A DNA stretch of 64,000 nt from a virus. The stretch spans positions 257-64,256 of the IMG/VR virus record IMGVR_UViG_3300037762_000038. The stretch is one strand, 5' to 3'. The notes under the pieces were generated by a model. That model searched no databases. It was given only the letters and a program-made list of their open reading frames with translations, and was not told the origin of the DNA. The first letter of the stretch is position 1. Each line of letters starts with the position of its first letter. Positions 52,430 to 61,366 of the stretch are shown here, in pieces. The translations under genes and the position numbers were made by a program.

Positions 52430-54097
52430 TTGGACCCGCCAGAAAAGATCGCTCGATTGAACTACCTGATCCACCCACAGCAGCGCGCGGTCATCGTGCC
52501 GGGGGACGAGAGTCTCCCGGTTCGCATTCCGTCCGCGCGTCCGCTCGACTACAAGGGCAAGCGCCTGTGGGCTGTGCCCTACAATACGTGGGAGACGCAG
52601 GTCTTGCGCACGATGGGCTACCTCGTGCCCTCGCCCATCGGCACGTACTACGACTGGCCGCGCGAGATCACGCAAGTGCCCCAGCCGTTCCACAACCAGA
52701 TCGAGACCGCGGGCTTCCTCACACTCAACCACCGGGCGTACTGTTTAAATGAGATCGGGACCGGCAAGACGCTCGCCGCGCTGTGGGCCGCGGACTGGCT
52801 CATGCGCGAGCGCCTGATCCGCAAGGCGCTGATCCTCTCGCCGCTCTCGACGCTGGAGCGCGTGTGGTCGGACGGCGTGTTCCTCCACCTGCGCGAGCGC
52901 AGTATCGGGGTACTCTACGGCACCGCCGCTAAGCGGCGCAAGCTGTTCGCGAACAATGCGTTCGACTTCTACGTGATCAATCACGACGCGGTGGACATCA
53001 TCGCCGAGGTGAAGTGGAAGCAGAAGAAGGCCGGCAACGACAAGACCACAGGCCAGCCGGTCTACCAGCAGGTGCTCGACACGGTGAAGCTCCTGCGCGA
53101 CGACATCGACCTCGTGATCATCGACGAGCTTGGAGCCTATCGCAACGGGACCACGAACCGCTGGCGCGTGCTCGACCTCGCGCTCGATCCGCGCATGTGG
53201 GTGTGGGGCATGACCGGCACGCCGATCCCGAACGCGCCGTCCGATGCCTACTCCGAGATGAAGCTAATCACGCCGGCTCGGCTGCCCCGTTACTTCACCG
53301 AGTTCCGCCAGATGGTGATGCAGCAGATGACGGACTACATCTGGATCGCGAAGAAAGAAGCGCCGATCACGGTGTACGAGTACATGCAGCCGGCCATCCG
53401 CTTCACAAGGGACGAGTGCTTCGATCTGCCGCCGGTCACCTACTCGACTCGCGAGGTGGAGCTTACCGCCGAGCAGAAGCGCCACTATAAGGAGCTTGCC
53501 AAGCAGCTTTACACCGAGATTGGCGAAGGCAAGGTGACCGCCGTGAACGAGGGCGTGAAGATGGGCAAGCTGATCCAGTGTGCATGCGGCGTGGTATATG
53601 ATAATGAGGGTACGCCGCGCGAGATCGGCGCGAAGCCCCGCATCGACGAAGTGCGCGAGATCATCAATCAGACCGAGCACAAGGTCATCATCTTCGTCCC
53701 CTTCACCGCGCCGCTCCTCATGCTGGAGCGCGAGCTATCGAAGGAGTTTAAATGCGCTGTGGTCTACGGCGACGTGAGTAAGGGCAAGCGCGATACGATC
53801 TTCGCCGACTTCCAGACCCTGAGCGAGCCGCGTGTGCTGATCGCCGACGCCGGCACCATGTCCCACGGGCTCACGCTCACCGAGGCCGCGACTATCGTCT
53901 GGTATGGTCCAAAGCCGTCCAACGACATCTACGAGCAGGCGAACGGGCGGATCACGCGGCCCGGGCAGAAGAACAATCAGCACATCATCCACCTCGCCAG
54001 CACTGCGGTTGAGCATCAGGTCTATGCCCGGCTGCGGGAGCGTGGTAGAATTCAGGGTATACTACTTGACATGGTGCGAAAGGGGATTGCGCTATGA
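52430..54097 (+). CDS. superfamily 2 (DEAD/SNF2-like) DNA helicase (555 aa)
   Basis: TTG start. Walker A NEIGTGKT. DExx-type VIIDE. Motif III GMTGTP. C-terminal helicase domain motifs are also present. Confidence 0.8.
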   Translation: MDPPEKIARLNYLIHPQQRAVIVPGDESLPVRIPSARPLDYKGKRLWAVPYNTWETQVLRTMGYLVPSPIGTYYDWPREITQVPQPFHNQIETAGFLTLNHRAYCLNEIGTGKTLAALWAADWLMRERLIRKALILSPLSTLERVWSDGVFLHLRERSIGVLYGTAAKRRKLFANNAFDFYVINHDAVDIIAEVKWKQKKAGNDKTTGQPVYQQVLDTVKLLRDDIDLVIIDELGAYRNGTTNRWRVLDLALDPRMWVWGMTGTPIPNAPSDAYSEMKLITPARLPRYFTEFRQMVMQQMTDYIWIAKKEAPITVYEYMQPAIRFTRDECFDLPPVTYSTREVELTAEQKRHYKELAKQLYTEIGEGKVTAVNEGVKMGKLIQCACGVVYDNEGTPREIGAKPRIDEVREIINQTEHKVIIFVPFTAPLLMLERELSKEFKCAVVYGDVSKGKRDTIFADFQTLSEPRVLIADAGTMSHGLTLTEAATIVWYGPKPSNDIYEQANGRITRPGQKNNQHIIHLASTAVEHQVYARLRERGRIQGILLDMVRKGIAL

Positions 54098-54279
54098 GAC
54101 GCCGTACAGTGGGGGCTCCGACCCCGACCAAGCCGACCGAGATCGACAGGCCATTCCTGCGGCAGCTTCTCCAGCTATGCCACCCCGACCGGCACGACTC
54201 GTCACATCTATCGGTGATGGTGTTTCAGCGGCTGCAAGAAGTCGGTAAAGAACTTGACAAGGACATAATCGCGCGGTAA
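54094..54279 (+). CDS. hypothetical protein (61 aa)
   Basis: ATGA-coupled to the helicase. Confidence 0.4.
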   Translation: MRRRTVGAPTPTKPTEIDRPFLRQLLQLCHPDRHDSSHLSVMVFQRLQEVGKELDKDIIAR

Positions 54280-54282
54280 GAT
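54254..54282 (+). promoter_or_regulatory. sigma70-like promoter TTGACA-N17-TAAGAT
   Basis: Consensus spacing. Upstream of the 54298 membrane protein gene. Confidence 0.5.
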
Positions 54283-54297
54283 GCGCGGATCATTAAC

Positions 54298-54489
54298 GTG
54301 AATGGGGGAACCATGATCAAGCTATTCGCACTGCTGGGCGTCTTCATTCTGGTGTTCGGGGTTCACGCCATAACCATGATCCACGGCTGGGGTGTGACCC
54401 CGGAAAGCTGGACGGTCATCGGGTTCGGCTGGTTCGCGTCCGTCGTCCTCACCATGCTCACGACCGTCATCTCGCAGGACAAATCGTGA
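54298..54489 (+). CDS. small two-TM membrane protein (63 aa)
   Basis: Own promoter TTGACA-N17-TAAGAT at 54254-54282. Two hydrophobic helices. Confidence 0.45.
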   Translation: MNGGTMIKLFALLGVFILVFGVHAITMIHGWGVTPESWTVIGFGWFASVVLTMLTTVISQDKS

Positions 54490-54884
54490 GCGACGCACCC
54501 AACATCGAAGCCGTCATCGGCAAGTACATCGACCTGCGCGATGCCGTCTCGCGCGAGACCGAGGAACTGAAGAACCGCCTCGCGCCGATGCAAGCCGCCA
54601 TGAAGACCATCGAGACGTACCTGATGGACGTGGCGATCAAGACCGGGCAGACCAAGTTCGGCACCCAATTCGGCACTGCCTTCATCGCGACCAAAACCGG
54701 CTGCAACATCGCCGACAAGGACGCGTACTGGAACTACCTCATGGAGAATCCCGCCGAGCGCCGGCACCTGCTGACGCTCTCGGCGAACAAGACCGCCGTG
54801 GGGGAGCACATCGAGAAGGCCGGCACGCCGCCGCCCGGAATTAACTGGGTGGCGATGAAAGAAATCCAGATCAGGAGGAAGTAA
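54486..54884 (+). CDS. hypothetical protein (132 aa)
   Basis: GTG start overlapping the upstream stop. Confidence 0.5.
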   Translation: MSDAPNIEAVIGKYIDLRDAVSRETEELKNRLAPMQAAMKTIETYLMDVAIKTGQTKFGTQFGTAFIATKTGCNIADKDAYWNYLMENPAERRHLLTLSANKTAVGEHIEKAGTPPPGINWVAMKEIQIRRK

Positions 54885-55063
54885 TGGACCCGATTATCAA
54901 GGTCAGTCTTCACCTGAAGGACGGCAACATCGTACATCTCACGTCACGCGATGACTATGGGTATCTGAGCACGGTGCTGGCCGCAAGCGAAATCAAGAGC
55001 GTCGAGGTGGTTTCCACCAAGACCAAGATCGAGAAGCTCGTTCATCAACATTTTTCCGTCTAG
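54884..55063 (+). CDS. hypothetical small protein (59 aa)
   Basis: TAATG overlap with the upstream gene. AGGAGGAAG RBS. Confidence 0.4.
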   Translation: MDPIIKVSLHLKDGNIVHLTSRDDYGYLSTVLAASEIKSVEVVSTKTKIEKLVHQHFSV

Positions 55064-55073
55064 GGAGGGAACC

Positions 55074-56492
55074 ATGTCCAGCAATACCCAACTCGCAATC
55101 CCCGTCGATATCCCCGCGCACATCCGCGAACTGGCTGCCAAGGCCGGCGAGCAGAACAAAGGCGCGCTCGGCGGCATCAAAGCCGGCAGCTTCCCCCGCA
55201 TCAGCATCGGGGGCTCGAAGTTTTCCGTGGTGGAGGGCGGCGAGAAAATCCTGCTGACCGACGCCGACCGGCCCGACCTGCCGGCGATGGAACTCCAGCT
55301 TGCCATCGTGGGATTCAACCCCGCGGTCTCGAAGCAGTATTACGAGGGCGAGTTCGAAGAGGGCAGCGACAAGGAGCCGACCTGCTCGTCCGACAACGGC
55401 ATCGTGCCGGACCCGCACATCCCGAACCCGCCGTCGCGCGCTTGCGCATCGTGCCCGAAGAACGTATGGGGCTCGAAGGTGACGAAGCAGGGCAAGCAGG
55501 TGAAGGCGTGTTCCGACAACAAGCGCATCGCCGTCATCCCCGTGCATGACCTCGCCAACGAGCAGGCGCTCGACTTCACCATCAAGCCTGCCTCGCTCAA
55601 GCCGTGGGCCGAGTACGTGCGCGCGCTCGATGCCAAGGGCATCCCCGTGGACGCGGCCGTGACCAAGGTGCAATTCGATCCGTCGGCCAACTTCCCGAAG
55701 CTCGTATTCAAGTTCGGCGGGTTCCTGACGCCCGAGCAACTCACCGAGTTGGCGCTCCGTGCCAAGGGCGATGACGTGCGGCTGATCACCAGCCCCCGCC
55801 AGAGCACCGCTACGGGTCCTGTGACGCCGCCTGCCGCACCGGCTGCGACGCCTGCCCCGGCACCCGCACCGGCTGCGCCTGCCGCTCCTGCGGCTCCTGC
55901 GCCCGCCCCGGCACCTGTCCAGCCGACTGTCCAAGCACCGGCCCCGACGCCCGCGGCGGCACCTGTCCAGCCGCCTGTCCAGTTCGACCCCTACGCCGGC
56001 CTCCCGGCGCACGTGAAGGCCGCGGTCGAGGGCGCTGGCGGGCTCACCAGCGACGCCGGCAAGGCGGTCTACAAGGCGCTGGCGGGCAAGGACGTACCGA
56101 CCGCTCCCGTCGCCGCACCGAAGCCGGTGGACCCCTTCGAGGGCCTGCCGCCGCACGTGAAGATGGCGGTCGATGGCGCAGGTGGGCTCGCGAGCCCGGC
56201 CGGCCAACAGGTCTACAAGGGCCTGACCGGCAAGGACGCGCCCGGCGCTGCGCCGCAACCCAACGTGCAGCCCGACGCCAAGCCGGCCCGCAAGACGCGC
56301 TCCGCCGGGAAGAAGGCCGACGCAACACCGCCGGCCCCGACGCCGCCCGCTGCCGCTCCTGCCGCATCGGCTCCCGCCCCGGCCGCGCCCGCAGGCCCGA
56401 GCTTTGCAACGCCGCCCGCCGCTGCATCCGGTGGTTTGGGTGCGGACCTCGACGCGCTGCTCGGCAAGGCGATGGCGGTACCGACGAAGTAG
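55074..56492 (+). CDS. replication-module protein with N-terminal Cys-containing domain and C-terminal Pro/Ala-rich low-complexity region carrying an internal 38-aa duplication (472 aa); ssDNA-binding or recombination candidate
   Basis: GGGAGGGA RBS. C...C...C cluster in the N-terminal domain. Duplicated DP(Y/F)xGLPxHVKxAVxGAGGL...GKDxP module. Function is not assignable from sequence. Confidence 0.55.
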   Translation: MSSNTQLAIPVDIPAHIRELAAKAGEQNKGALGGIKAGSFPRISIGGSKFSVVEGGEKILLTDADRPDLPAMELQLAIVGFNPAVSKQYYEGEFEEGSDKEPTCSSDNGIVPDPHIPNPPSRACASCPKNVWGSKVTKQGKQVKACSDNKRIAVIPVHDLANEQALDFTIKPASLKPWAEYVRALDAKGIPVDAAVTKVQFDPSANFPKLVFKFGGFLTPEQLTELALRAKGDDVRLITSPRQSTATGPVTPPAAPAATPAPAPAPAAPAAPAAPAPAPAPVQPTVQAPAPTPAAAPVQPPVQFDPYAGLPAHVKAAVEGAGGLTSDAGKAVYKALAGKDVPTAPVAAPKPVDPFEGLPPHVKMAVDGAGGLASPAGQQVYKGLTGKDAPGAAPQPNVQPDAKPARKTRSAGKKADATPPAPTPPAAAPAASAPAPAAPAGPSFATPPAAASGGLGADLDALLGKAMAVPTK

Positions 56493-56726
56493 CACCTGAT
56501 TCGTAGTCGGCGAATCAAACGCGCCGCCGGTCGTTTGAGCTAATAGGAGGTAGAACCCTATGGACGCGAACGTAAAGGCACTGCTGGATAAGGCAGCGGC
56601 TGCGAGCGAGCCACACCACGCGATGAACTTCGCGCAGGCTGCGCTTAACGCTGCCCATGCACTACAAGTGGTGAAGCAGACCGAAGCGAAGTAAGCCGCT
56701 CGACCGATGTAGTCGAGCGTGGCACC

Positions 56727-56790
56727 CCGACGGGTGTTGTGTCACCCTTCACCTCGGTTGACGACCGAGGGCATCCGTCGGTCTTTTAGG
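56727..56790 (+). terminator. rho-independent terminator-like nested hairpin followed by TCTTTTA
   Basis: Outer stem CCGACGG...CCGTCGG enclosing an inner hairpin CCTCGGT-TGACG-ACCGAGG, then a T-run. Lies after the 55074-56492 gene. Confidence 0.5.
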
Positions 56791-56798
56791 GAGGGATC

Positions 56799-57086
56799 AT
56801 GGCGTTCGACTGCAAGAAATTCAAACGAGTGATGGACAGCAGCGGGCTCACGAAGGCCGAGCTTGCTAAGCTGTTCGGTGTCAGCCGGCAGGCGCTGTAC
56901 CTCTGGTGCGACCGCGCACCGGGACAGAAGACCCTCGCCGAGCGCGCCGAGAAATACACCGACGGGATCATTGCCGCTATGAGCAGGGGACTGCTCCCGT
57001 TCGCCGCCTCGGTATCCCCGGAGCGCCGGACTGAGTTCCTGCTCACGATGGCGAAGCGACTCCACACACTCACGGCCCCCAAGTAG
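56799..57086 (+). CDS. XRE-type helix-turn-helix transcriptional regulator (95 aa)
   Basis: LTKAELAKLFGVSRQALYLW is a classical HTH. Sits directly upstream of the primase-helicase gene. Confidence 0.6.
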   Translation: MAFDCKKFKRVMDSSGLTKAELAKLFGVSRQALYLWCDRAPGQKTLAERAEKYTDGIIAAMSRGLLPFAASVSPERRTEFLLTMAKRLHTLTAPK

Positions 57087-57094
57087 AGGGCCCG

Positions 57095-60007
57095 TTGCAA
57101 ACCTTCGAGTTCCTCAAGGCCATACTGCCGGAGGACGACTGCTACTACTTCGTAGCTGTTCCGTCGCCTTCGGGTAAAGGCTTTAGCCACACCGCCTGCT
57201 CCTCCATCGAGGAGCTTGCGCATCGTATCGTCCATCTCGAAACGAACACGGTGCAGAATATCTACTTCGCTACCTCCGGGTTCCGCGCGGAGTTCGTGGA
57301 CCGGCCCGTGCGTGATCAAGAAGCCGGCGGCACGAAGGTCAAGCGCCAGTACCGCGTCAAGGAGAACGTCAAGCTGGTTAAGGCGTTCTGGCTGGACCTC
57401 GACGTGGGCCCCGCCGAGGCTGGCAAGGCCGCGAAGTATCCGGACCAGCGCTCGGCCATCATCGCTTTAAACGACTTCCTCGTGAAGACCGGCCTGCCCC
57501 GTCCGATGATCATCTCGTCCGGCTACGGCGTGCACGTGTACTGGCCGCTTACGGCGAGCGTGCTCCCGGGCCAGTGGCGTGCGACAGCCCTACAGTTGAA
57601 AGAGCTTACAGTCGGGCTCGGCCTGCTCGCCGACGCCACGCGTACCGCGGACGAGGCCAGCGTGCTCCGTCCGGTCGGCACGTCGAACCGCAAGGTGAAG
57701 GACGGCGTGGCCGGCTCGATGCCGGTGCGCTGCCTGCTGCCGCTCGAAGGTCAGCCCATCGAGTATGTCGAGCACGGCGTATTCCACACGGCGATCCTCG
57801 CGGCGATGAAGGTCAACAAGATCGAGGTAGTGGACACCGACAAGAGTAAGGGGCTGAAGGTTAACCCCGAAGACATGATCGTCCCGGTCGGCGGATTCCA
57901 AAAGGTCTCAGCCATCAAGGTCGCCGAGCGGTGCAACCAGATCAAGCTGTTCCGCGAGACGGGCGGCGTGAGCGAGCCGCATTGGTACCGCTCGATCCAG
58001 ATCATGCCGCACACGGTCGAGGGCGAGAAGCTCGCGCACGAGTGGAGCGCGGTGCACAAGGAGTACACCGAGCCAGCGACCGAGGCCAAGCTCGCGCAAA
58101 TTCGCGGCATGGGCCCGACGCTGTGCTCGACGTTTAGCACGGCGAACCCGGAGGGTTGCAAGAACTGCCCGTTCGCTGGTAAGATCAGCACCCCGCTCCA
58201 GCTTGGCATGATCGTGGAGGAGGCCCCGGCTCCGAAGGTCAAGGAGATCGTGGATGGGGAGGAGCGAGAGACCGAGCTACCGAATCCGCCGTGGCCGTTC
58301 AAGCGGGGATCGGACGATCAGCCGGGGCTCTACGTCGAGATCGACCAAGGGGTCCCGGTCCGCTTCTACCCCTATGACTTGTATCCCATCGTCATCGTTA
58401 ACGACGAGGGGAAGCGGGAAGGGAGCGTCGGACTGCGGCACTGGCTGCCGCGCGAAGGCTGGCGCGATTTCAACGTGCGGCTGGAGTTGATTGAATCGCC
58501 GCGAGAGTTCCTCGGGAAGATGCGGAATCACTTCGTTAACCCCGAGAACGGAAAATACATGGTGGCCTATATGGATGCGTACCTACGGGAGCTTCAGGAC
58601 AAGACGAAGATCAAGCAACTTCATACCAAAATGGGATGGCTGCCCGATCACTCGTTCCTGCTCGGCTCGAAGATGTTCACCAACAAGGGCACCTACCCGG
58701 CGGGGCTGTCGTCCACGGTCAGCACGAAGATCGTGAACAGCTACCACCTGCGCGGGACGCACGAGGCTTGGGCCGACGCAATCAAGCTATTCGACCGCGA
58801 GGGGCTGGAGGCCCACCTGTTCAGCATCCTGATCGGATTCGGTGCGCCGCTCCTCAAGCTCACCGGGCTCGGCGGCGCAGTCGCCGCGATGCTGGGCGAT
58901 ACCAATGCCGGCAAGACCCTGAGCGCGAGAGCGATGACATCGATCTACGGCAACTTCGACCCGTTCAAGGCCGGCAAGACCGACACCTTCAACGCCCGCA
59001 TCGAGCGCCTCGGCATGCTGTCGAACCTGCCGGTGTACCTCGACGAGACGACGAACATCAAGGCCGATGACGTGAGCGAACTCATGTACCAGATCAGTCA
59101 GGGCGTCGGCCGCACGCGCCTGCGTAGCGACTCGACCGTGCGCGAAGCCGCGGAGTGGAGCACCATCGTGCTCACCTCGGGCAACCGCTCGATGGCGGGC
59201 CGGCTGCTCGAAGCGAAGGTGGACCCCGAGGCCGAGCTTGTGCGGCTGTTCGAGTACACCGTGCCGAAGCATCGCTGGTTCGAGGCCGACATGCCGGGCA
59301 TCTACGACGTGCTCGATCAGAATTACGGGCACGCGGGGGAGAAGTACATCAAGTATCTCGTGCAACTGGAGGAGTCCGATACCAAGGCCCGCCTGCGCGA
59401 GATGACCGAGCACTTCAGCAAAGCGGTCGGCTTCGAGGGGAAGGAGCGCTTCTGGTACGCGCTCGTCGCCTGCGTGCTCTACAGCCTATGGCTGGCCGAC
59501 GGCTCGGGCGCGATCAAGTTCGCCAACGTGAACGCGACCTATCAGCGCCTGTGGAAATGGTGCATCGAGCAGGTGACGCATCAGCGCACAGCCGTGGCGG
59601 ACAACAAGTTCTCGGCGGTCGAAGCCCTATCGATGTTCCTCAATGCACACCTCGCTGACCGACTGGTCGTGACGGTGATGGGGAAGGGTATGGTCGCCGT
59701 GATCAAGCCGCCGGCCGCGCACGGCAAGTTGCTGGTCGAGTACAACCAATCGACGGGTGTGATCAGCATCGATCAGAACGCGATCCGCAACTGGCTCAGC
59801 AAGGCGCAGCTTAGCACCCACCAGATCAGGGCCGACCTTACGAAGGGCGGCATCCTGATTGACCACGGTGCACGCGATTTCAAGGTCACGATGGGCCGAG
59901 GCACGCAGTTCAAAGGTGGACAGACCCGCGTGTGGCAGGTGAACGCCAAGCACACGGCGCTCGACGGCATCGACAAGCTTCTCGAACGAGACCCGGAGGT
60001 GACATGA
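57095..60007 (+). CDS. bifunctional primase-polymerase (AEP) / D5-like SF3 helicase (970 aa)
   Basis: TTG start. AEP motifs FWLDLDVGP and SGYGVHVYW. Walker A GDTNAGKT in the C-terminal helicase half. Confidence 0.85.
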   Translation: MQTFEFLKAILPEDDCYYFVAVPSPSGKGFSHTACSSIEELAHRIVHLETNTVQNIYFATSGFRAEFVDRPVRDQEAGGTKVKRQYRVKENVKLVKAFWLDLDVGPAEAGKAAKYPDQRSAIIALNDFLVKTGLPRPMIISSGYGVHVYWPLTASVLPGQWRATALQLKELTVGLGLLADATRTADEASVLRPVGTSNRKVKDGVAGSMPVRCLLPLEGQPIEYVEHGVFHTAILAAMKVNKIEVVDTDKSKGLKVNPEDMIVPVGGFQKVSAIKVAERCNQIKLFRETGGVSEPHWYRSIQIMPHTVEGEKLAHEWSAVHKEYTEPATEAKLAQIRGMGPTLCSTFSTANPEGCKNCPFAGKISTPLQLGMIVEEAPAPKVKEIVDGEERETELPNPPWPFKRGSDDQPGLYVEIDQGVPVRFYPYDLYPIVIVNDEGKREGSVGLRHWLPREGWRDFNVRLELIESPREFLGKMRNHFVNPENGKYMVAYMDAYLRELQDKTKIKQLHTKMGWLPDHSFLLGSKMFTNKGTYPAGLSSTVSTKIVNSYHLRGTHEAWADAIKLFDREGLEAHLFSILIGFGAPLLKLTGLGGAVAAMLGDTNAGKTLSARAMTSIYGNFDPFKAGKTDTFNARIERLGMLSNLPVYLDETTNIKADDVSELMYQISQGVGRTRLRSDSTVREAAEWSTIVLTSGNRSMAGRLLEAKVDPEAELVRLFEYTVPKHRWFEADMPGIYDVLDQNYGHAGEKYIKYLVQLEESDTKARLREMTEHFSKAVGFEGKERFWYALVACVLYSLWLADGSGAIKFANVNATYQRLWKWCIEQVTHQRTAVADNKFSAVEALSMFLNAHLADRLVVTVMGKGMVAVIKPPAAHGKLLVEYNQSTGVISIDQNAIRNWLSKAQLSTHQIRADLTKGGILIDHGARDFKVTMGRGTQFKGGQTRVWQVNAKHTALDGIDKLLERDPEVT

Positions 60008-60219
60008 GCTACATGGAGGATACCGAGGAGCTTTATCTGCACGTTCGGCGCATCCAAGAGTACGTTGCGTACGTGGAGAGGGAGATTAAAGGAGCCCTTC
60101 TCCGAGCATGGTACGACAACGAGGACGCGGGGGTTGTGCAGGTTAAGCCGGCACCGTGGCAAGATTATATGCACGCCGTGATCTACGACCTCGGCGAACA
60201 GCAACGCATCTATCTATAG
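60004..60219 (+). CDS. hypothetical protein (71 aa)
   Basis: ATGA-coupled to the primase stop. Confidence 0.45.
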   Translation: MSYMEDTEELYLHVRRIQEYVAYVEREIKGALLRAWYDNEDAGVVQVKPAPWQDYMHAVIYDLGEQQRIYL

Positions 60220-60370
60220 GAGGTGACATGACCATAGACGAAGTGAGCAAGGCCCTTAACGAGTTCTTTAGCGACACGAGCCGAAGCTCGGCTAAGACTC
60301 GCGAGGGTCTCGGAGAATTGCAAGAGGAATTGCAGACCATGCTCGACGCGCTGGACGAGGACCTCCGCGG

Positions 60371-60823
60371 ATGACCCAACTCTACGTGGCGACTCTGGCA
60401 TTTAAACGCAATCAGTCCGAGGTTGCGCTGGTCCGCAAGGCCAAAGGGCCGGCGATCCTGCACGGGAAGTGGAACGGGATCGGCGGCAAGATCGAGGTTG
60501 GGGAGTCGCCCGTCGGCGCAGCGATCCGTGAACTATGCGAGGAAGCCGGCATCGCGGTCGAGAAGGACGACATGGTGGGGATCGAGCATCAGCGGTTCTA
60601 CATTCTCACGCCGGAGGAATGCCACGTCTACTGGTACGCCGTCAACGTCCCCAACGAGACGGACATGCCGGAAGCCAATGATGTCGGGGAGCTATTGAAG
60701 TGGACCCCGACGAACTGGCTCTCGCACATCGCCTGCCCCATCGCCCTGTGCCCGAACGTCAACTACCTCGTACCCAAGGCGGTCGTCTTCCTGCGAACGG
60801 AGCGACTTGCCCGGCCGGCCTGA
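60371..60823 (+). CDS. NUDIX hydrolase (150 aa)
   Basis: Nudix box GGKIEVGESPVGAAIRELCEEAGI matches Gx5Ex7REUxEExGU. Confidence 0.8.
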   Translation: MTQLYVATLAFKRNQSEVALVRKAKGPAILHGKWNGIGGKIEVGESPVGAAIRELCEEAGIAVEKDDMVGIEHQRFYILTPEECHVYWYAVNVPNETDMPEANDVGELLKWTPTNWLSHIACPIALCPNVNYLVPKAVVFLRTERLARPA

Positions 60824-60869
60824 TCTGTGAGACAATTAGAACTGTCGCGCGCATCCTCTGCGTCCGCGG

Positions 60870-60918
60870 CCCGGCAGCGCCGCTCCCCTCCCCCTGCGCC
60901 CCTGCCGGTTCTTTTTAT
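60870..60918 (+). terminator. rho-independent terminator after the NUDIX gene
   Basis: GC-rich stem CCCGGCAG...CTGCCGG followed by TTCTTTTTAT. Confidence 0.6.
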
Positions 60919-61076
60919 CTGCGGGGTGCTGGAGGCGAACATGGACGGATGGACTGACGGGCTGAAGAAGTTCATTGACGGGGTAGGAGACGCGATCAGC
61001 GGCGATGGCATTTTCATCGAAGGCTGGGACGATTGATGCGCCCGACCGTACCGCCGCTGGACGGAGCGGGCGATGC

Positions 61077-61105
61077 TTGACAGCGATGGATGGGACGAGT
61101 AGTAT
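61077..61105 (+). promoter_or_regulatory. sigma70-like promoter GCTTGACA-N17-TAGTAT driving the tRNA cluster
   Basis: Consensus -35/-10 about 25 nt upstream of the first tRNA. Follows the NUDIX terminator. Confidence 0.55.
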
Positions 61106-61116
61106 CCGAAATTCGT

Positions 61117-61219
61117 GCTGTGCTTTGGTGTGACGGTCAGCAAGTGGACCAAGCCTGCGGGATGTGACCCCGCCATTCGTGGGTTCGAATCCCACCCGTC
61201 ACCCCAAAGCACAGCGGCT
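61117..61219 (+). other. 20-bp extended helix (one mismatch) formed by the leader and trailer around tRNA-His
   Basis: 5' GCTGTGCTTTGGTGTGACGG pairs with 3' CCGTCACCCCAAAGCACAGC. The tRNA acceptor stem is the inner 7 bp. Confidence 0.5.
61130..61206 (+). tRNA. tRNA-His (anticodon GTG), tentative
   Basis: Acceptor GTGACGG/CCGTCAC with discriminator C. T-loop GTGGGTTCGAATCCCAC. Anticodon loop ATGTGAC. CCA encoded. Flanked by a further 12-bp extension of the acceptor helix. Confidence 0.55.
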
Positions 61220-61241
61220 TAACAGAACAGGAGACCGAGAC

Positions 61242-61298
61242 ATGAGCAAAGCAGGAAAACGACCGCGACCCAAGCCATACACCCGCATCAGGGGGTAG
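61242..61298 (+). CDS. candidate micro-ORF encoding an 18-aa Pro/Arg-rich peptide (MSKAGKRPRPKPYTRIRG)
   Basis: Preceded by the conserved leader TTAACAGAACAGGAGACC, which is shared with two highly expressed early genes. Overlaps the tRNA-Pro 5' end by 10 nt, which lowers confidence. Confidence 0.25.
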   Translation: MSKAGKRPRPKPYTRIRG

Positions 61299-61366
61299 GC
61301 TAGTCTGGTCAAGTCACCCGGCTTGGAACCGGGAGATCGCTGGTTCGAATCCAGCCCTCCTGACCA
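61289..61366 (+). tRNA. tRNA-Pro (anticodon TGG)
   Basis: Acceptor CAGGGGG/CCTCCTG. Anticodon stem CCCGG/CCGGG with loop CTTGGAA. T-arm GCTGGTTCGAATCCAGC. CCA encoded. Confidence 0.65.
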
